A DNA stretch of 64,000 nucleotides from Lama guanicoe (lineage: Eukaryota): contig MU054187.1 in assembly GCA_013239625.1 (NCBI GenBank), positions 16,136,941 to 16,200,940 on the forward strand, given 5' to 3'. Shown here in pieces: positions 25,850 through 38,560 of the stretch; position 1 is the stretch's first letter; each line of letters opens with the position of its first letter. Made by a program: the position numbers and the translations under genes. The notes beneath the pieces are model-generated. The model saw nothing but the letters and a program-made list of their open reading frames with translations. It did not search any database and was not told the origin of the DNA.

Positions 25850-26400
25850 AAAGTTTTTAAAAGAGCAATATGAGAAACCCATAAACTATACATTTTACCA
25901 TATTAATTAGGAGAATGATTTCAATTTTTTCCATGATACTGTTAAACATTAATTTGAGCTTTGATTTGTTACAACTTAATGCAGAAGTTGCTATGAGTTT
26001 AAAAGAGTATGAAGGATGTTTCTTTTCTATCCTAAGAGAAAGGAGTTTTTCCCAAATTAATATGGGCAAATAAACTGGAACAAACTCATGCAGCATTTGT
26101 AAATCTAAGTACATTGATGTTCCAGTAATAATTTTCAACTTAAGTGAAAGAACTTTAGGACTTTTCATAACATATCAAAATATCATCTAGTTTAAAAAGA
26201 GGAATTCTGTTTTATCTCCTATACCAACTTTCATGAATTGAGAGAAAAATAATGGATTATCACTGTATTGAAAAGAATTCTGAAGCTTAATCCAGCATCA
26301 TTTGGAAATGATTAATACATCTGGTGTGGACATGGGTAGGAAGATTGGGTAATAGTACCTGGTTAAGAGATTTGTCGGCACTGATCAAATCTGTACTAAT
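25850..26400 (-). mobile_element. Possible decayed hAT/Charlie transposase C-terminal remnant
   Basis: ORF 25857-26168 (LQMLHEFVPVYL..LLSLRIEKK..SALSCNKSKL) loosely resembles the hAT dimerisation region (LLPFxSTYLCExxFS..IKTKKR..LALSxIKP). Weak. Confidence 0.3.
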
Positions 26401-27719
26401 CTGATCATAAAATCATTTCGTACTTTTCCTAAATTATCTGTTACATTCTTATCCAAATTAAAACATCCAAAATGAGCAAATACTATAACTTATTCAGAAA
26501 ACTAATTCTATTATCTCACTAGTCTTTTACGTTAAAAAAATAGGAAGAAATGTATTTTATAAATTCTAAGACCATGGAGTTAGGACTTTTATTATTAACA
26601 TAGCTTTAAATGCCTTTACTGTAATTAAAACATAGTTTGGGGTAAATATCTATTCACATTCACTGTAATTTTTGGCATTGAAACTCACTAAGCTAACACA
26701 AAAAATAATACAAAAATGATATTAGAAAGAAATAGACTGCAAGACTAGGTAAAGCACATATGTAAACTTGGAGAGTGTATGTGTGTATATATATATATCT
26801 CTTATAGAGAGATATATAGATTATGTATTTGGTAGACTAAATGGTTTTTGGAGACAATAGTAGCTAAATTGGAGATTGTAAATTGATGAATCCTTCCAGA
26901 TAATACCTTGAATGACACTGCAGGACAGTACACATTCAGTAGGATATAAAATATAATGTTCTCATTATTATCATTTTAATTTATGTTGATTTATTTTCAT
27001 AAAAGATAGACAAGAAATAAAATGGGTGAATAACTTTATAAATTTTCCTAAAAATTCCAATTTTATCAGGCCAATTCTACTGGTATACAAGTCTGCTGTT
27101 TTCCTATTACACAGTGACTTAAGTTCAAACCCTTCTGATAGTCCTTTAGGCTCCCCATGGTACACACAACTTGATTTCCTCCTAATCATGCTAACATCCT
27201 CCCTCCTTTTTAAGCTGGATTATCTCCCCATTTGTTTCTTGGATTTTTTTTTTTAACTTTTCCTCTACTTATAAAGCCTTCATTATCTACTCTGCTGCCA
27301 GTCGTATCTCTCCATATCATCTTCGTTCTTCAAGGCCCAGCCCTAAATCTCACCAAAACATAGAGCACCCAGTCAATAAATAATTGTTGATTGATTGCAT
27401 CTTTGAAAGAATAAAACTATAAAACAAAATGATCCCAGGCTGTAAACCATAAGCAAGTAAGTGATGGATGGCGAGGTGGATATTGCATGTGAGTCAATCA
27501 TAAAATATGACATAAAATCTACCACAATATAAGGTATATTATGCACTCTGTTGATAAAATTTCATGTCTCATAAAATAATAATAAAGCCAATAATGGTCT
27601 AATAATTTTAAAAGTAGGGAAAGCTGCAATTTTATAATGAGAGTGATAATAGAGAATGTCTATAATTTAACCAAGTATTTCCTCTGGATAGTTTCAATTA
27701 TTACATGTTCCATTTTGAA

Positions 27720-27870
27720 CTTCTTTTTCCTGATGTGGTCCCACAGTAGCAATTGAGCTCATTGAGGACAGGGACTTTGCCTGTCTTGTTCATCACTGGA
27801 TGCCAAAAACACCTAGCAAAGGTCCTGGCCATGGTAGATGTTCAACAAATATTTGTGAAATACATGCATA
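27720..27870 (+). mobile_element. L2 3' end
   Basis: 'TGAGCTCATTGAGGACAGGGACTTTGCCTGTCTTGTTCATCACTG..CCTAGCA..CCTGGC..GTAGATGTTCAACAAATATTTG'. Confidence 0.8.
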
Positions 27871-29106
27871 CGTACATAATTACATTTTATATTCCATATA
27901 TTGCAATGTTCTGTAATATATCATATTTCACTTACGTTTATTTCTTCCGCAGTCTTATGTCTACTCCTCTTTCTATCAGCTCATGAATTGGAATTTCTCT
28001 TTGATGCTCCCTAAGTTTGAACAGTATTTATTGCCCTTGACATGCTATTCTCATTCTTTGGGGTTTTGATCTTACTGTTTCTCCAAACAATAAATTATCC
28101 ATCATTTTTCTCCATCTATTCAAATCTTATGCTTCCAACAAGGACCTTGAATCTTACCTCCCTGAAACTTTCAAAAGATAATTACAATGAATGTCAGTCT
28201 TTCCCTTACATTTTAAATCTTTTTTTTTTAACTTAAGGCACACTATTTGTGTTCATATATGCCTCATAATTCTTTGGTAATTTGATGTGTTATTTTTTAT
28301 CAACTAAAATTAGTGTCCTCCATCATCATAGTATTTATTTCATTTACAATGACTACAAAAAATACAGTAAATATTCAATAAACTGCTCTTTAATTAAAAT
28401 GAAAAAGACTTAGGCCAAAAAAAGTTGCTACATTCTAATTTTGGGGAGATGACATACTCTAAGCTGTGTTTGGTTGCTGTGTATAGCGACATGAAGTCTG
28501 CATATGGTAAGCATAATTTTTGCAATAATAAGCAAAATGGTTTCAAGATTATAAGCAAAAAGATCACATGGTTAGTCAATTTGACAATGTTAACTAGAAT
28601 CAGATATTCTTAAATTTTAGAGAAACCTGAGAGAATTGTTGAAATAAAATACATATGAGGTACAGATATTTTTAATAAAAAAGATATAAAAAATAAAAGG
28701 ACTGGTCATTTTATCAAGGAACATTTGACATAGAGGTTTACAAATGCATTGATCTCAGAATTCCTGTATGAAGTGGCACCTCTCAAAGGGCATTTTTAAG
28801 TAGGGAAATCACTAAATAAATAGAACATTAAAGGATAATTCAAGGGCAATAAAAACATAAGTTAAAAATGTGGGTCACAGTGATTGCAAACCTACTACTC
28901 ATAAAGTATGTAATACTTTTTAGCTATTCAGTAAATCATCGTTGTTATTTAATGAGGATTTCCCTAGAAGAAAAGTTAAAAGAGACAAAGATTCTCCTAA
29001 TTTAACTTAAGTTGGAGTCTGTTAAAAAATAAACTGAAAAATACTTCTGAAAGAGAAATTTTCAGTTTCTTTCGTCCATGAAGATTTTATAGATTTACTC
29101 AAATTC

Positions 29107-31235
29107 AAACAACTGTATGCCAGTAAACAACTGTATGCCAATAAATTAAAAACCTAGAAGAAATGGAAGACTCCCTAGAACACACAGCTCACCAAAACTA
29201 AATCATAAATAAGTAGAAAAGCTGAACAGACTCCTTACTCAATAATTAGTAAGGAGATTGAATTAGTAACAAAAACTTCCCAACAAAGAAAAGTCCAGGA
29301 CTATATGGCTTCACTGAAGAATCCTACCAGACATTTGAAGAATAATTAACCCCAGTCTTCCTGATGTTCTTCCAAAAAGTGAAGAGGAGGAAATACTTTC
29401 AAGCTCATTCTATAAGGACAGCGTTACCCTAATACCAAGCCAGACAAAGACTACAAGAAAAGAAAACTACAGGATAAAATCCCTGATGAATATTGATTCA
29501 AAAATATTCAATAGAATATTAGCAACCGGAATTCAACAGCTTATTAAAAGGATTATACACCATGACCAAGTGGAATTTAATCCTGGAATGCAAAGATGGT
29601 TCAACATGCAAAAATCAATCAGTGTAATTCACCATTTTAACAAGATGGACAAAACACTTAATCTTCTCAATTGACGAAGAAAAAGCATGTGATAAGATCA
29701 GTACCTTTTCATGATAAAAGCACTCAATAAGCTAATAATAGAAAGAAACTACCTCAAAACAATAAAGTTCATTAATGAAAAGCCCACAGCTCACATCATA
29801 CTCAATGGTTAAAAAAACAAAATAAAACAAAACAAAAACCTGAAAGCTTTGCCTCTAAGATCAGGAACAAGGCAAAAATACCTGTTCATACCACATATAT
29901 TCAATATAGTATCAAAAGTTCTGGCCAAAGCAATTAGGCAAGAAAAAGAAAAAAAGGCATCCAAATTGGAAAGGAAGAAGTAAAATGATTTCTGTTCATA
30001 GATGACATGATCGTAAATGTAGAAAACCCTAAAAATCCCACAACTAAAAAGTTAGAACTAACAAATAGATTCAGCAAAGTCGCAGGGTACAAAATTAACA
30101 CATACACACAGAGGGAAAAAAGGTGCATTTCTATGCATTCTAATAAATAAGTCAAAAATGAAATTAAGAAACCAACAAAAAAATACAATTTTTAAATAAA
30201 CATAACCATAAAATCTTGTAAACTACACAACATTACTGAAAGAAGTTAAAGATGCAAGTAAATAAAAACATATCTTATGTTAATGGATTGAAAGACTTAA
30301 TATTGTTAACATATTCATATTATCCAAAGCAATCTATAAATTCATTGAAATCCCTACCAGTATCCCTACAGCACTTGTTTTCAGAAATAGAAAAATTCAT
30401 CCTAAAATTCATATGGAATCTTAAGAAACTCTGAATTGCCGAAACATTTTCTTTTAAATTGAAGGACTTGTACTTCATGATTTCAAATCATATTACAAAG
30501 CTACTGTTATGGTTAATTTTATTTGTCAACCTGACTGGGCCACATTATGAACAGACATTTGACCAAACATTACCCTAGATGTGTCTGTGGCAGTTTCTGG
30601 ATGAGATTAACATTTGAATCAGTACATTGGTTAAAGCAGATTGCCTTCCCTGATGTGCATGAGCCTCATCCCATCAGTTGAAAACCTGAATAGAACAAAA
30701 AGACTGAACAAGAGGGAGCTCCTCCTGCCTGACAACATAAGCTGGGATCTTGGTCTTTCCTGGCCTCTACACTCAGACCAAAACACTGGCTTTTCTTGGG
30801 TGTCCAGTTTTCTGGCTTTTAGACTAGGATTACACCATTAGCTCTCCTGGTTCTCAAACCTTCAAACTAGGACTAAAATTATACGTCGGCATTCCTAGTC
30901 TCCAGCATGCTGACTTGTTACAACATGGATGAACCTTAAAGATTATGCTCAGTGAAATAAACCACAAAAGGCAAATACTGCAATATTTCACTTACATGAA
31001 GTCTTTCAAGGAGGCAAATTCATAGAAACAAAAGTAGAATGGTGGTAACCAATAGCTGGGGGTTAAGAAAAAGTAAGTTGTTCATTAATGCACATAAAAT
31101 TTCATATTTTCAAGATGAAACGTTTTTGTAGATCTGTTTCACAGCGATGTGAATATACTTAACCCTGCTAAGCTGAATATTTAAAAATGATTAAGATGTA
31201 AATCTTACGTTGTATGTTTCTTACCACAATAAACA
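29107..31235 (+). mobile_element. 5'-truncated L1 (L1MB1-3-like) interrupted by an MLT2 LTR
   Basis: ORF 29486-29674 (MNIDSKIFNRILATGIQQLIKRIIHHDQVEFNPGMQRWFN) is L1 RT. 'TTCATAGATGACATGATC' is the FADDMI equivalent. 3' end reads 'AAAAATGATTAAGATG..TTACCACAATAAA'. Confidence 0.92.
30505..30915 (+). mobile_element. MLT2B-like LTR (3'-truncated) nested in L1
   Basis: 'TGTTATGGTTAATTTTATTTGTCAACCTGACTGGGCCAC..GGATGAGATTAACATTTGAATC..AAAGCAGATTGCCTTCC..CCTGAATAGAACAAAAAGACTGA'. Confidence 0.9.
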
Positions 31236-31319
31236 ATATATATACATAAGATTCTAGCTTTGCAAAGCCTGAAAGCCCATAGTATTTAAAAACAACTCAG
31301 ATTTGGTAGGATTATTTTC

Positions 31320-32930
31320 TAATTATGTTCTGTACCTGGACATTAGTATGTTTTAGAATTTTACATTGGCTCCATACAGTTACCATTACGCCTAACTCCA
31401 ACTTGATTTCCTTGGTTACAATGCCTCTCTGGTTCTTCTGTCTTAAGAATGTTTCAAGCTAAAATGTATTCTCCTATGACTCTAATTGCCTGCTTAGTCT
31501 TTGATCTTGAACTGTATTGACCATTTTGAACATTTTCCATTGGTGCATGAGCCGTATCATACCAAGGTCTGCAGATTTAAAGTTCTTTCCTAGGCCATAA
31601 AGAGATCCTGTGTCTCCCTTTGCTGCAACTGTCTACATGATGAGCAGCTATTTTTTTGATCTTATAAATGCCACATGCTGAGGTTTACCACTATGTCACT
31701 TCCATACTTGATGAAAGTACATAAAATCTTTGTTGCTTGGACTCACAACATGAAATTTGGACCACCTACCATTGCAGTCACCTAATATTTCCTTCATATT
31801 AGTGGGGAAAAATGCTTTAAAAAATGAAGGTAGTTTTATATCTAAAGATGATACTATTTTACTAATAAATATTCATTAGGTGGGTCATTTAATAGCAACT
31901 CTGTCTATCACCATTATTATCCAGTTCACTCAATTCCATCTTGTACCAGAAAAATGATAAAAATACTTTGTTAATCCAGATAGGTTATTTCTTTATCAGT
32001 ACTCTGAAACACCAACCTAGCGATTATGTCAAAAATAGGGAATGAATACAGTCTGCCATATCTTATTCTTGGTGAACACGTGCTGACTGGTGCTAATCAT
32101 GACCTTTCTCAGTACTCAAAAACCATCCATCCATTTAGTATTCCCTTCAGATATTTTACCGAGTATAAATGTCAAGGTCCCTGGTCCATAGTTTTAAGAC
32201 ACTGCCTAACCTTTTCAGAAACTTGGACATTTGCCTTTCTTTATTCTCATGGCAGCTCTCCTATTATCAATAATTCCTCAAAGATTACTGGCATTGATCT
32301 TATCTTCAAAATTACTCAGTGCCCTAAATTAGATACTTTCTGAGCCAGAAAAGTGAAGTGTTTGGAGAATTATTGCACTTTTTTTCCATTCTTATCTCTT
32401 CAACTATTTTGAATTTTATTTCTCTTCATCATTTTTGTTTCACCTTTTCAACATGAAGATTTTTCTCCTTGACATAAAAAATGGAAGTAAAGGTGAAGTT
32501 AAGAAGATAATCTTTCCCTCTTTTGCAGTTTATTATTGTAGTATTTGGCTCAAGAAGAAGAATTTTCACAATCTTGCTCACTGTATAACCAAAAGCTTTG
32601 TTTTCTGTGACAGTTGAAAATGATAATACACTATGAGAATTAATCTTCCTATTTCTGTTCTGAAGTACACCTGCTAATGTTTTCTCATATTCACTAATTT
32701 TTCTTCTTTGAATTTTTTGGTGTATTTTTATTTTTATTTTTGATCTGTGCATATTAAAGGACTTTGGTGTTCATGGATAATTCTCTGTGTTCTTTTTCAC
32801 CAAAGTCATTCATGATTGTATTGTCAAAGTACCATTTTGAGAATCTTTTGTAGAATAATTTTCCCAAGTTCATTTATTCACTTATAATAGGTATTGAGAC
32901 TACCATGTGGAACAGCACATACACCCACAT
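31320..32930 (-). mobile_element. Ancient CR1/L3 LINE ORF2 remnant
   Basis: Minus-strand peptides in correct order: KDYLLNFTFTSIF (~KAELLNSFFASVF), NYGPGTLTFILGKISE (~NYRPVSLTSIPGKILE, ~32146-32194) and SQHVFTKNKIWQT (~SQHGFTKNKSCQT, ~32050-32089). Confidence 0.8.
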
Positions 32931-33189
32931 ATGATACAGTAAGTTTCTCTTAAAGTCACATCATTATCATTTGATAAAACAGATTTCCTGTACTGATTCA
33001 TTTATATCTACATTAGCAGTTCCTATTTTTTTCCCCTTATTCTCCTGAGATAGGAAGTTGTTAGCAAGGGAAAAAATTTTTTTTTTTAGTACCTCACAGA
33101 TATTTGAAGGTCCCCGTGGTATCATTGGCTCTTTGCTGCTCAGTTTCATGACCTATATCTGGCCAAGTATTTATAGTAACAGTTCCCAT

Positions 33190-33362
33190 ATGTCCATCTG
33201 CAGGCAGTTTTAAAATTATCTAAAAACTAACACTAGTTAAATCTATCAATTCTAGAACCTAATCCCAAACACTTGAATGCAGAAGGTTAAGGCCAAGGGA
33301 TGAATGTCATTTTAAATAGCTCCCCATATAATTGTGAAGATAAGCCATGTTTGGAAACATTC
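33190..33362. mobile_element. MER5-like hAT fragment
   Basis: 'CATTTTAAATAGCTCCCCA..AATT..GCCATGTTTGGAAAC' resembles the MER5 end. Confidence 0.45.
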
Positions 33363-34924
33363 ATTTAGATTATCCTCCCATAAAGATCTAATGTTTACCC
33401 TGTATAGAATCTTTGCACCCATATATTTTCTTTCATGCTTCCACCATCAAATCTGGAAATTTCCACCTAACTTGATATTACCACTCTCCTATCAGGTGTA
33501 TTTTTTTTCATGGTGCTTACAAATCATTGTTATCTTCTATTTGTGGCTCTAACTTTATCAATTCCATCTGCGCCTTCAAAGTCAAAAGTTTCTTCTTCAG
33601 GAAATATTGTTCATTTTTCCATTATTTATATTTGCATCATTTTTGTTTGGTGATCTCTTCTAAGAAATTACCTATAGCTTTCTTCAGTCAAACAACACAC
33701 CAGAGAATCTCACCTTCATTTTCATTATGTTTTCCTTGATCTCTTTCTGTTTTTATTTTAAAGCCATTTTATTTGGAGTAACAAGTCTCCCGAGAATTAT
33801 GTAGTCCAGGTCTATGTTTTTACTGTTATTGATAGGCAGCTGGGAGAGGATAAAATCTATTAATTTGGAAAATGAAAGGAACTAGAAGAAGCATAAAATA
33901 TTTAAGCCATCACAATTTCCAAGTATTCTGTAAGAGAAAAATAGCAACTTTTTTGGTAAATGTGAATAAGCAAAATCTGAAAGTTTAAAAAATTATTTAT
34001 TAGTGTAGCTCTCTTTTCCTTCCCTTATATGTCTCCTTGTGTGGCCATTGATATATACACAAACCGTAGGTCACCCTTAAGTAAAAAATAATTTGCACAT
34101 TAAGTCATGCAGATGCAACAAATTCCATTTGTTAGTAGATATTCCCTTCTCATATTCACTTTTCTTTCCCAAAGTTTCGATTCCTTCCCCTAAATTTAGT
34201 TTTCTGCTCAAACCAGTTAATTTAATATGTTTTCTTAGGCTCTTCCAGCTTTATGATTTGTACCCTTATAAAAAAAAGTGAGATTTTGGAATATTTGGCA
34301 ATTTTGAGGCTGGGGGATGGCAGTATCTGTCACTGCATAGATAGGTCAGAAAAACAATACAGTTCAGCTCTACATGTGAGTCTGTTAACATTCTTCTCAA
34401 AATCCATTCAAAAATTTGTATTCAGAATATTCTTTGAATAGGGGATTGGGAATACCACAATGCACAGAAGAAAAAAAAAAACCTCCCATCTACACAGAGC
34501 ACACAGTCTAGTTTGGAATTCCAACAAATGATCAGGAATTACCACACAGTGCAATAAATTCTAGGGTAAGAAGAGGCAAAGTGCCTAAGTATCATAGACA
34601 GGACATCTAAATAGTACTTGGCAATTAATTAGCAGGCATCATTTTGAGGTCGATCACAAATTTCCCAAGATTCCCTTTATTTAAAAAAGAATAAATGCTT
34701 TTTTTTTCCCTCTTAAAAGTAAGATTCACTATTTATGGAGAAAAGTCTTATATATGTTTCTATCTTTTCCTCCACTTTCTTTTAGGCAACCATGTGTTCT
34801 CCCATGCACGCAGTTCATAACCCTGGCCTTGATTCCCTGCATACCCATCTTCACTTTAAATTTAGTTTTTGGTAGTACTATAATTGAAGGCCTGAATTAA
34901 ATGCTAAGTTCATCAGCTCACAAT

Positions 34925-35105
34925 GATGAAAAAACTTTATTTAGATCTCAAATAGGCTTCACAATCATCTTATGGGATGTTATTCTTGTTGTACAGATGG
35001 GAAAATTGAGGCAGAGAGAAATTAAGCTCGTCCAGGGTTACCCAGCCAGTCAGGGGTAGAAGCAGACTAGCTTGAGTATCAGAGCTTTCATCCACTGTAC
35101 TAAGC
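34925..35105 (-). mobile_element. MIR SINE
   Basis: Antisense MIR core 'TACAGATGGGAAAATTGAGGCAGAGAGA..CCAGGGTTACCCAGC'. Confidence 0.75.
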
Positions 35106-35159
35106 TTTATGTCGCATCTCACATAAAGAGAATATAAAAACAGAAAATTACTGCACTGG

Positions 35160-35270
35160 TGAAGTGACTTGAAACAAGAGTAAAAAATAAAATTTATGGA
35201 ATTTAGATATGTTTAACACAGAGAAGAGAAGACTGAGTAGAAAAATGGCATCTGGTTTGATGTCTAAGAA
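35160..35270 (+). mobile_element. CR1/L3 3' fragment
   Basis: 'ATGTTTAACACAGAGAAGAGAAGACTGAG' encodes MFNTEKRRL, similar to the CR1 motif LFSLEKRRL. Confidence 0.55.
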
Positions 35271-35279
35271 GCATCGACT

Positions 35280-36445
35280 AATCACTCTTGTCACTTTTTC
35301 ACTTGGCTTCCAGGACACCACACCTATTTTTCTGGATATGCATCATCTGATTGACTTCTAAATACTAGCATGTCCCATATCTTGCTTCTCAAACCTCTCT
35401 TCTATCCTGCACTTTCATGGTTTCACATGTGCTAGTGACTTCAGTTTATACATCTACCCTCATCCAGGCATGCACATGCGAGTGCTTATTCAACATTTCC
35501 ATTTCCTCAGACAACACAAATTAAAGCTGTCCAAAACAAAGCCCTTATGTTTCCCTATTCCAAACGGCCCACCCCCAATCTTCATCTCAGTAAATAGCAA
35601 CTTTATTCTAATTCCTCAGGCCAACATCTTGGATTCTTTTTTTTTTTTTTAATAACCAATACCTGATCGGTCAGCAAATCCTATCAGTTGACCTTAAAAC
35701 ATATTTAGAATCTGAACACTATTCTTTGCGTCTACAGCTACTACCCTTGTCTTAACCACCATCTTTTCTCCCCTGGATCAGTATAAAAATTTTCTAACTG
35801 GTCTCCCTGATTCCATCATTGCCCCTCTTTACCTATGTTTAATACAGAAGCCAAAATTATTGCATTAAAGCATTAGCCTGATCTTGTCTCTCTTCTGCTC
35901 AAAACTGTCCAATAACTTGCTACCTCAGAATAAAAAGTAAAGGTTCTAAAATGGTCTTCAAAGTCCTACAGAATCTGACAACTCCTCCCCCAAAACCACT
36001 TAATCTTTCTTTCCAGTTACTCTAACTTACTCCATCCTTTTCACAGGCAGAACACATCCCTCCCCAAGAAACTTTATACTTGTCCTTCCCTCTGAATGAG
36101 ACTCTTCCATCTGATATCTGGATAACTCAACCACTCACCTCTTCTAGTATTTATTCAAATATCACTTTCTCAGGATAACCTTCCCTAGTAATTCTGCCTA
36201 AAACTGCACCCCTTTATCCCTACAGTCATAACTCTCTTTTATTGATTTATTTTTCACCTATCCGATATCTCCATGTAACACATTGTTTATTTTGTTCATT
36301 GCCACCACCCCTCAAAATACGTTCACACTATATACTTTGTCCTGTAACAGCAGAGGTTTTTAATCTGCTTTGTTCAAGGCTATATCCCCAGTACCTACAA
36401 CATTTAGTAATATATACATTACTGAATATATGATGAATGAATACA
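35280..36445 (+). mobile_element. L2 (L2a-like) 3' portion
   Basis: Pyrimidine-rich L2 body ('CTTGGCTTCCAGGACACCACAC', 'CAGCAAATCCTATCAG', 'CTAACTGGTCTCCCTG') ending 'TATCCCCAGTACCTA..GATGAATGAAT'. Confidence 0.85.
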
Positions 36446-36479
36446 CATAAAAAGGATCCATTTTATTTCAATAAACTTC

Positions 36480-37220
36480 AAAGGTTAAGCATATTTAAGG
36501 GTACCAATAAAAGTTAAGACAAGCTATAAACTGGGAAAAAATATTTGCTAAAAAGGTAACAACCAGAGAGTTAGTACAAAGAATAAAAAGTAAATTCTTA
36601 AAATCAATAAGAGAAACCTACAATCAATTTGAAATCCAATCAAAATAAGAACACAGATTCCAAACAGATTTCTACAGAAAATAAAACAAGGGCAAGCAAT
36701 AAAAATATGAAAAGATGTGTCATCTCAATGATAATTAGGTAAAGAAATTAAAATCACAATAACATACTATTTCACAGTCACCAGATTGGCAAAACATTTA
36801 AAAGTACCAGTGTTAACAAGGATGTAGCAGAACAATATTTCTTATAATGGCATGTGTGTTTGCAAAACTTGGTATAACCTTTTGGAAAGCAATTTGGCAT
36901 TCCTCCAGTAAAACTAAAGATGAGTTCACCTATGACTTAGAAATTCTTATCCTGAACATACATCCTAGAGAATTTTTACAGGTGTGCGAGAAGTGTTTAT
37001 GTACAGATTGTAGGTAATGTAGCCGCATTATAGGTAACAGCAAATCTGGAAAATATCAAAGTCTTCTTCAGTGGGAAAAGTATAGCTATATTGTGTGGTA
37101 CATCCATAGGTCTACTGAGAATTAGTGAAAATAACTGAATTACAGCCAGATGCATCAGTATGAATGAATATCACAAAAAATGTTTGTTAGTGGAAAAGCA
37201 AGTTACAAAAGATTAAGTAA
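36480..37220 (+). mobile_element. Old L1 (L1ME-like) ORF2 end and 3'UTR
   Basis: 'AAACTGGGAAAAAATATTTGC', 'ATATGAAAAGATG', 'CACCAGATTGGCAAAA' and 'TTTGGAAAGCAATTTGGCA'. Confidence 0.8.
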
Positions 37221-38324
37221 GTTTTAAAGAGTGAGTGATTTTTACTTTTTCTTACTTGTTTTGAGTTATTCAACATATGAGAATATTATATACAAAACCT
37301 ATGCTAAATACTTTGAAAGCAGAGATGAGTGAGGTATATCCCTTCTTTAATGGAAGTTACTATTTAGAAGTTTTTTTTAAAAAAGCCAGAATTTTGTTCT
37401 TCCGTGTTCACACATAGTGAATGTGTGTCATACTGCCATTCTCCTCTCTGATGGCTGCGGCAGTCAGCACTGAACAGTCAGGGCCATCTTCACTCTGACT
37501 CTGAATACAGGCAAGAATTTTCAACACTGTGCTTTAGGCACCCAGTGTCAATAGCGTAGAGTTGATATGCAATTTTAAATGTGTGCCCTCCTAACTCTTT
37601 CACATTTATAGATTCTCACAATGTATCTTTTCCACATTTTGAAGTAAAAGCATCAATATGCACGTTGTACAAAGTGAAAAATAGTGTTAAGAATCATTTA
37701 ATTATTTTTCTATAATAATACTATTTTCCTACTACATTTAAGAATGCTTTGTAAAAATGTGATTATTTTTGTGGCACAAATAAACCTATTTGTGAAAGAT
37801 CATTGTTTAAAAATAGACAAGCACAATCTTAAAAGAAATCTAAAGGCTACATTTTATTTGTAATTGAGGAGTCATTTCTATGCATGTTTAGTATATCATT
37901 TTTTTACAAATTAAATTTTGATAAGGGAACTTTTATAATATGTTCCCTAACTGATTCAATTTGATCAAATCACAAAATATAAAGCATCATATCAGAGCCT
38001 GAATGCAAAATAAAAACAATAATGAAAAACACATAGTATATTTTTAATACAACAGAATACATCAGCCAGTTATTTTCAAGGTACACGGACAGAATATTCT
38101 AAGGAATCGGATGTAGGATGTTAGAAGATTAAAGTCTGGCTCTATGGTTTGGGACTGAAAAATACTGACTGAATGGTATGTAATTTACTAAGATGAGCAA
38201 GTCTAGGAGAAGACCCAGATGTTAAGAAGTCAAATGTGATTCTAATATCACTGTTCAAATACTGCATTTGTTGGGTACAGTAAAATTATGCATGCTCTAG
38301 TTAGTATCACTGACTACTCAGAAT

Positions 38325-38560
38325 ACCAGAGTGTTTTAAAACACAGGCCTTGGAAGCATACAAACTCAAACACTTTGAAGACAAACATACTTGCAACTCT
38401 ACCACCTTGTTCAGTTAGCTTTGCCACCAAGTATTAATTTCCCTACTTGGAATAAAGGATATTTTCTCTGCTTCAAAGTTGTTTTTAAGAATTAATGAAA
38501 TAATTCATGCTGATAATATATTACAATGCCCAGGAAGAACTATAAAATGTAATTACTGTC
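38325..38560 (+). mobile_element. MIR SINE (decayed)
   Basis: 'GTTGTTTTTAAGAATTAATGAAATAAT..' tail and a MIR-like head. Confidence 0.5.
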
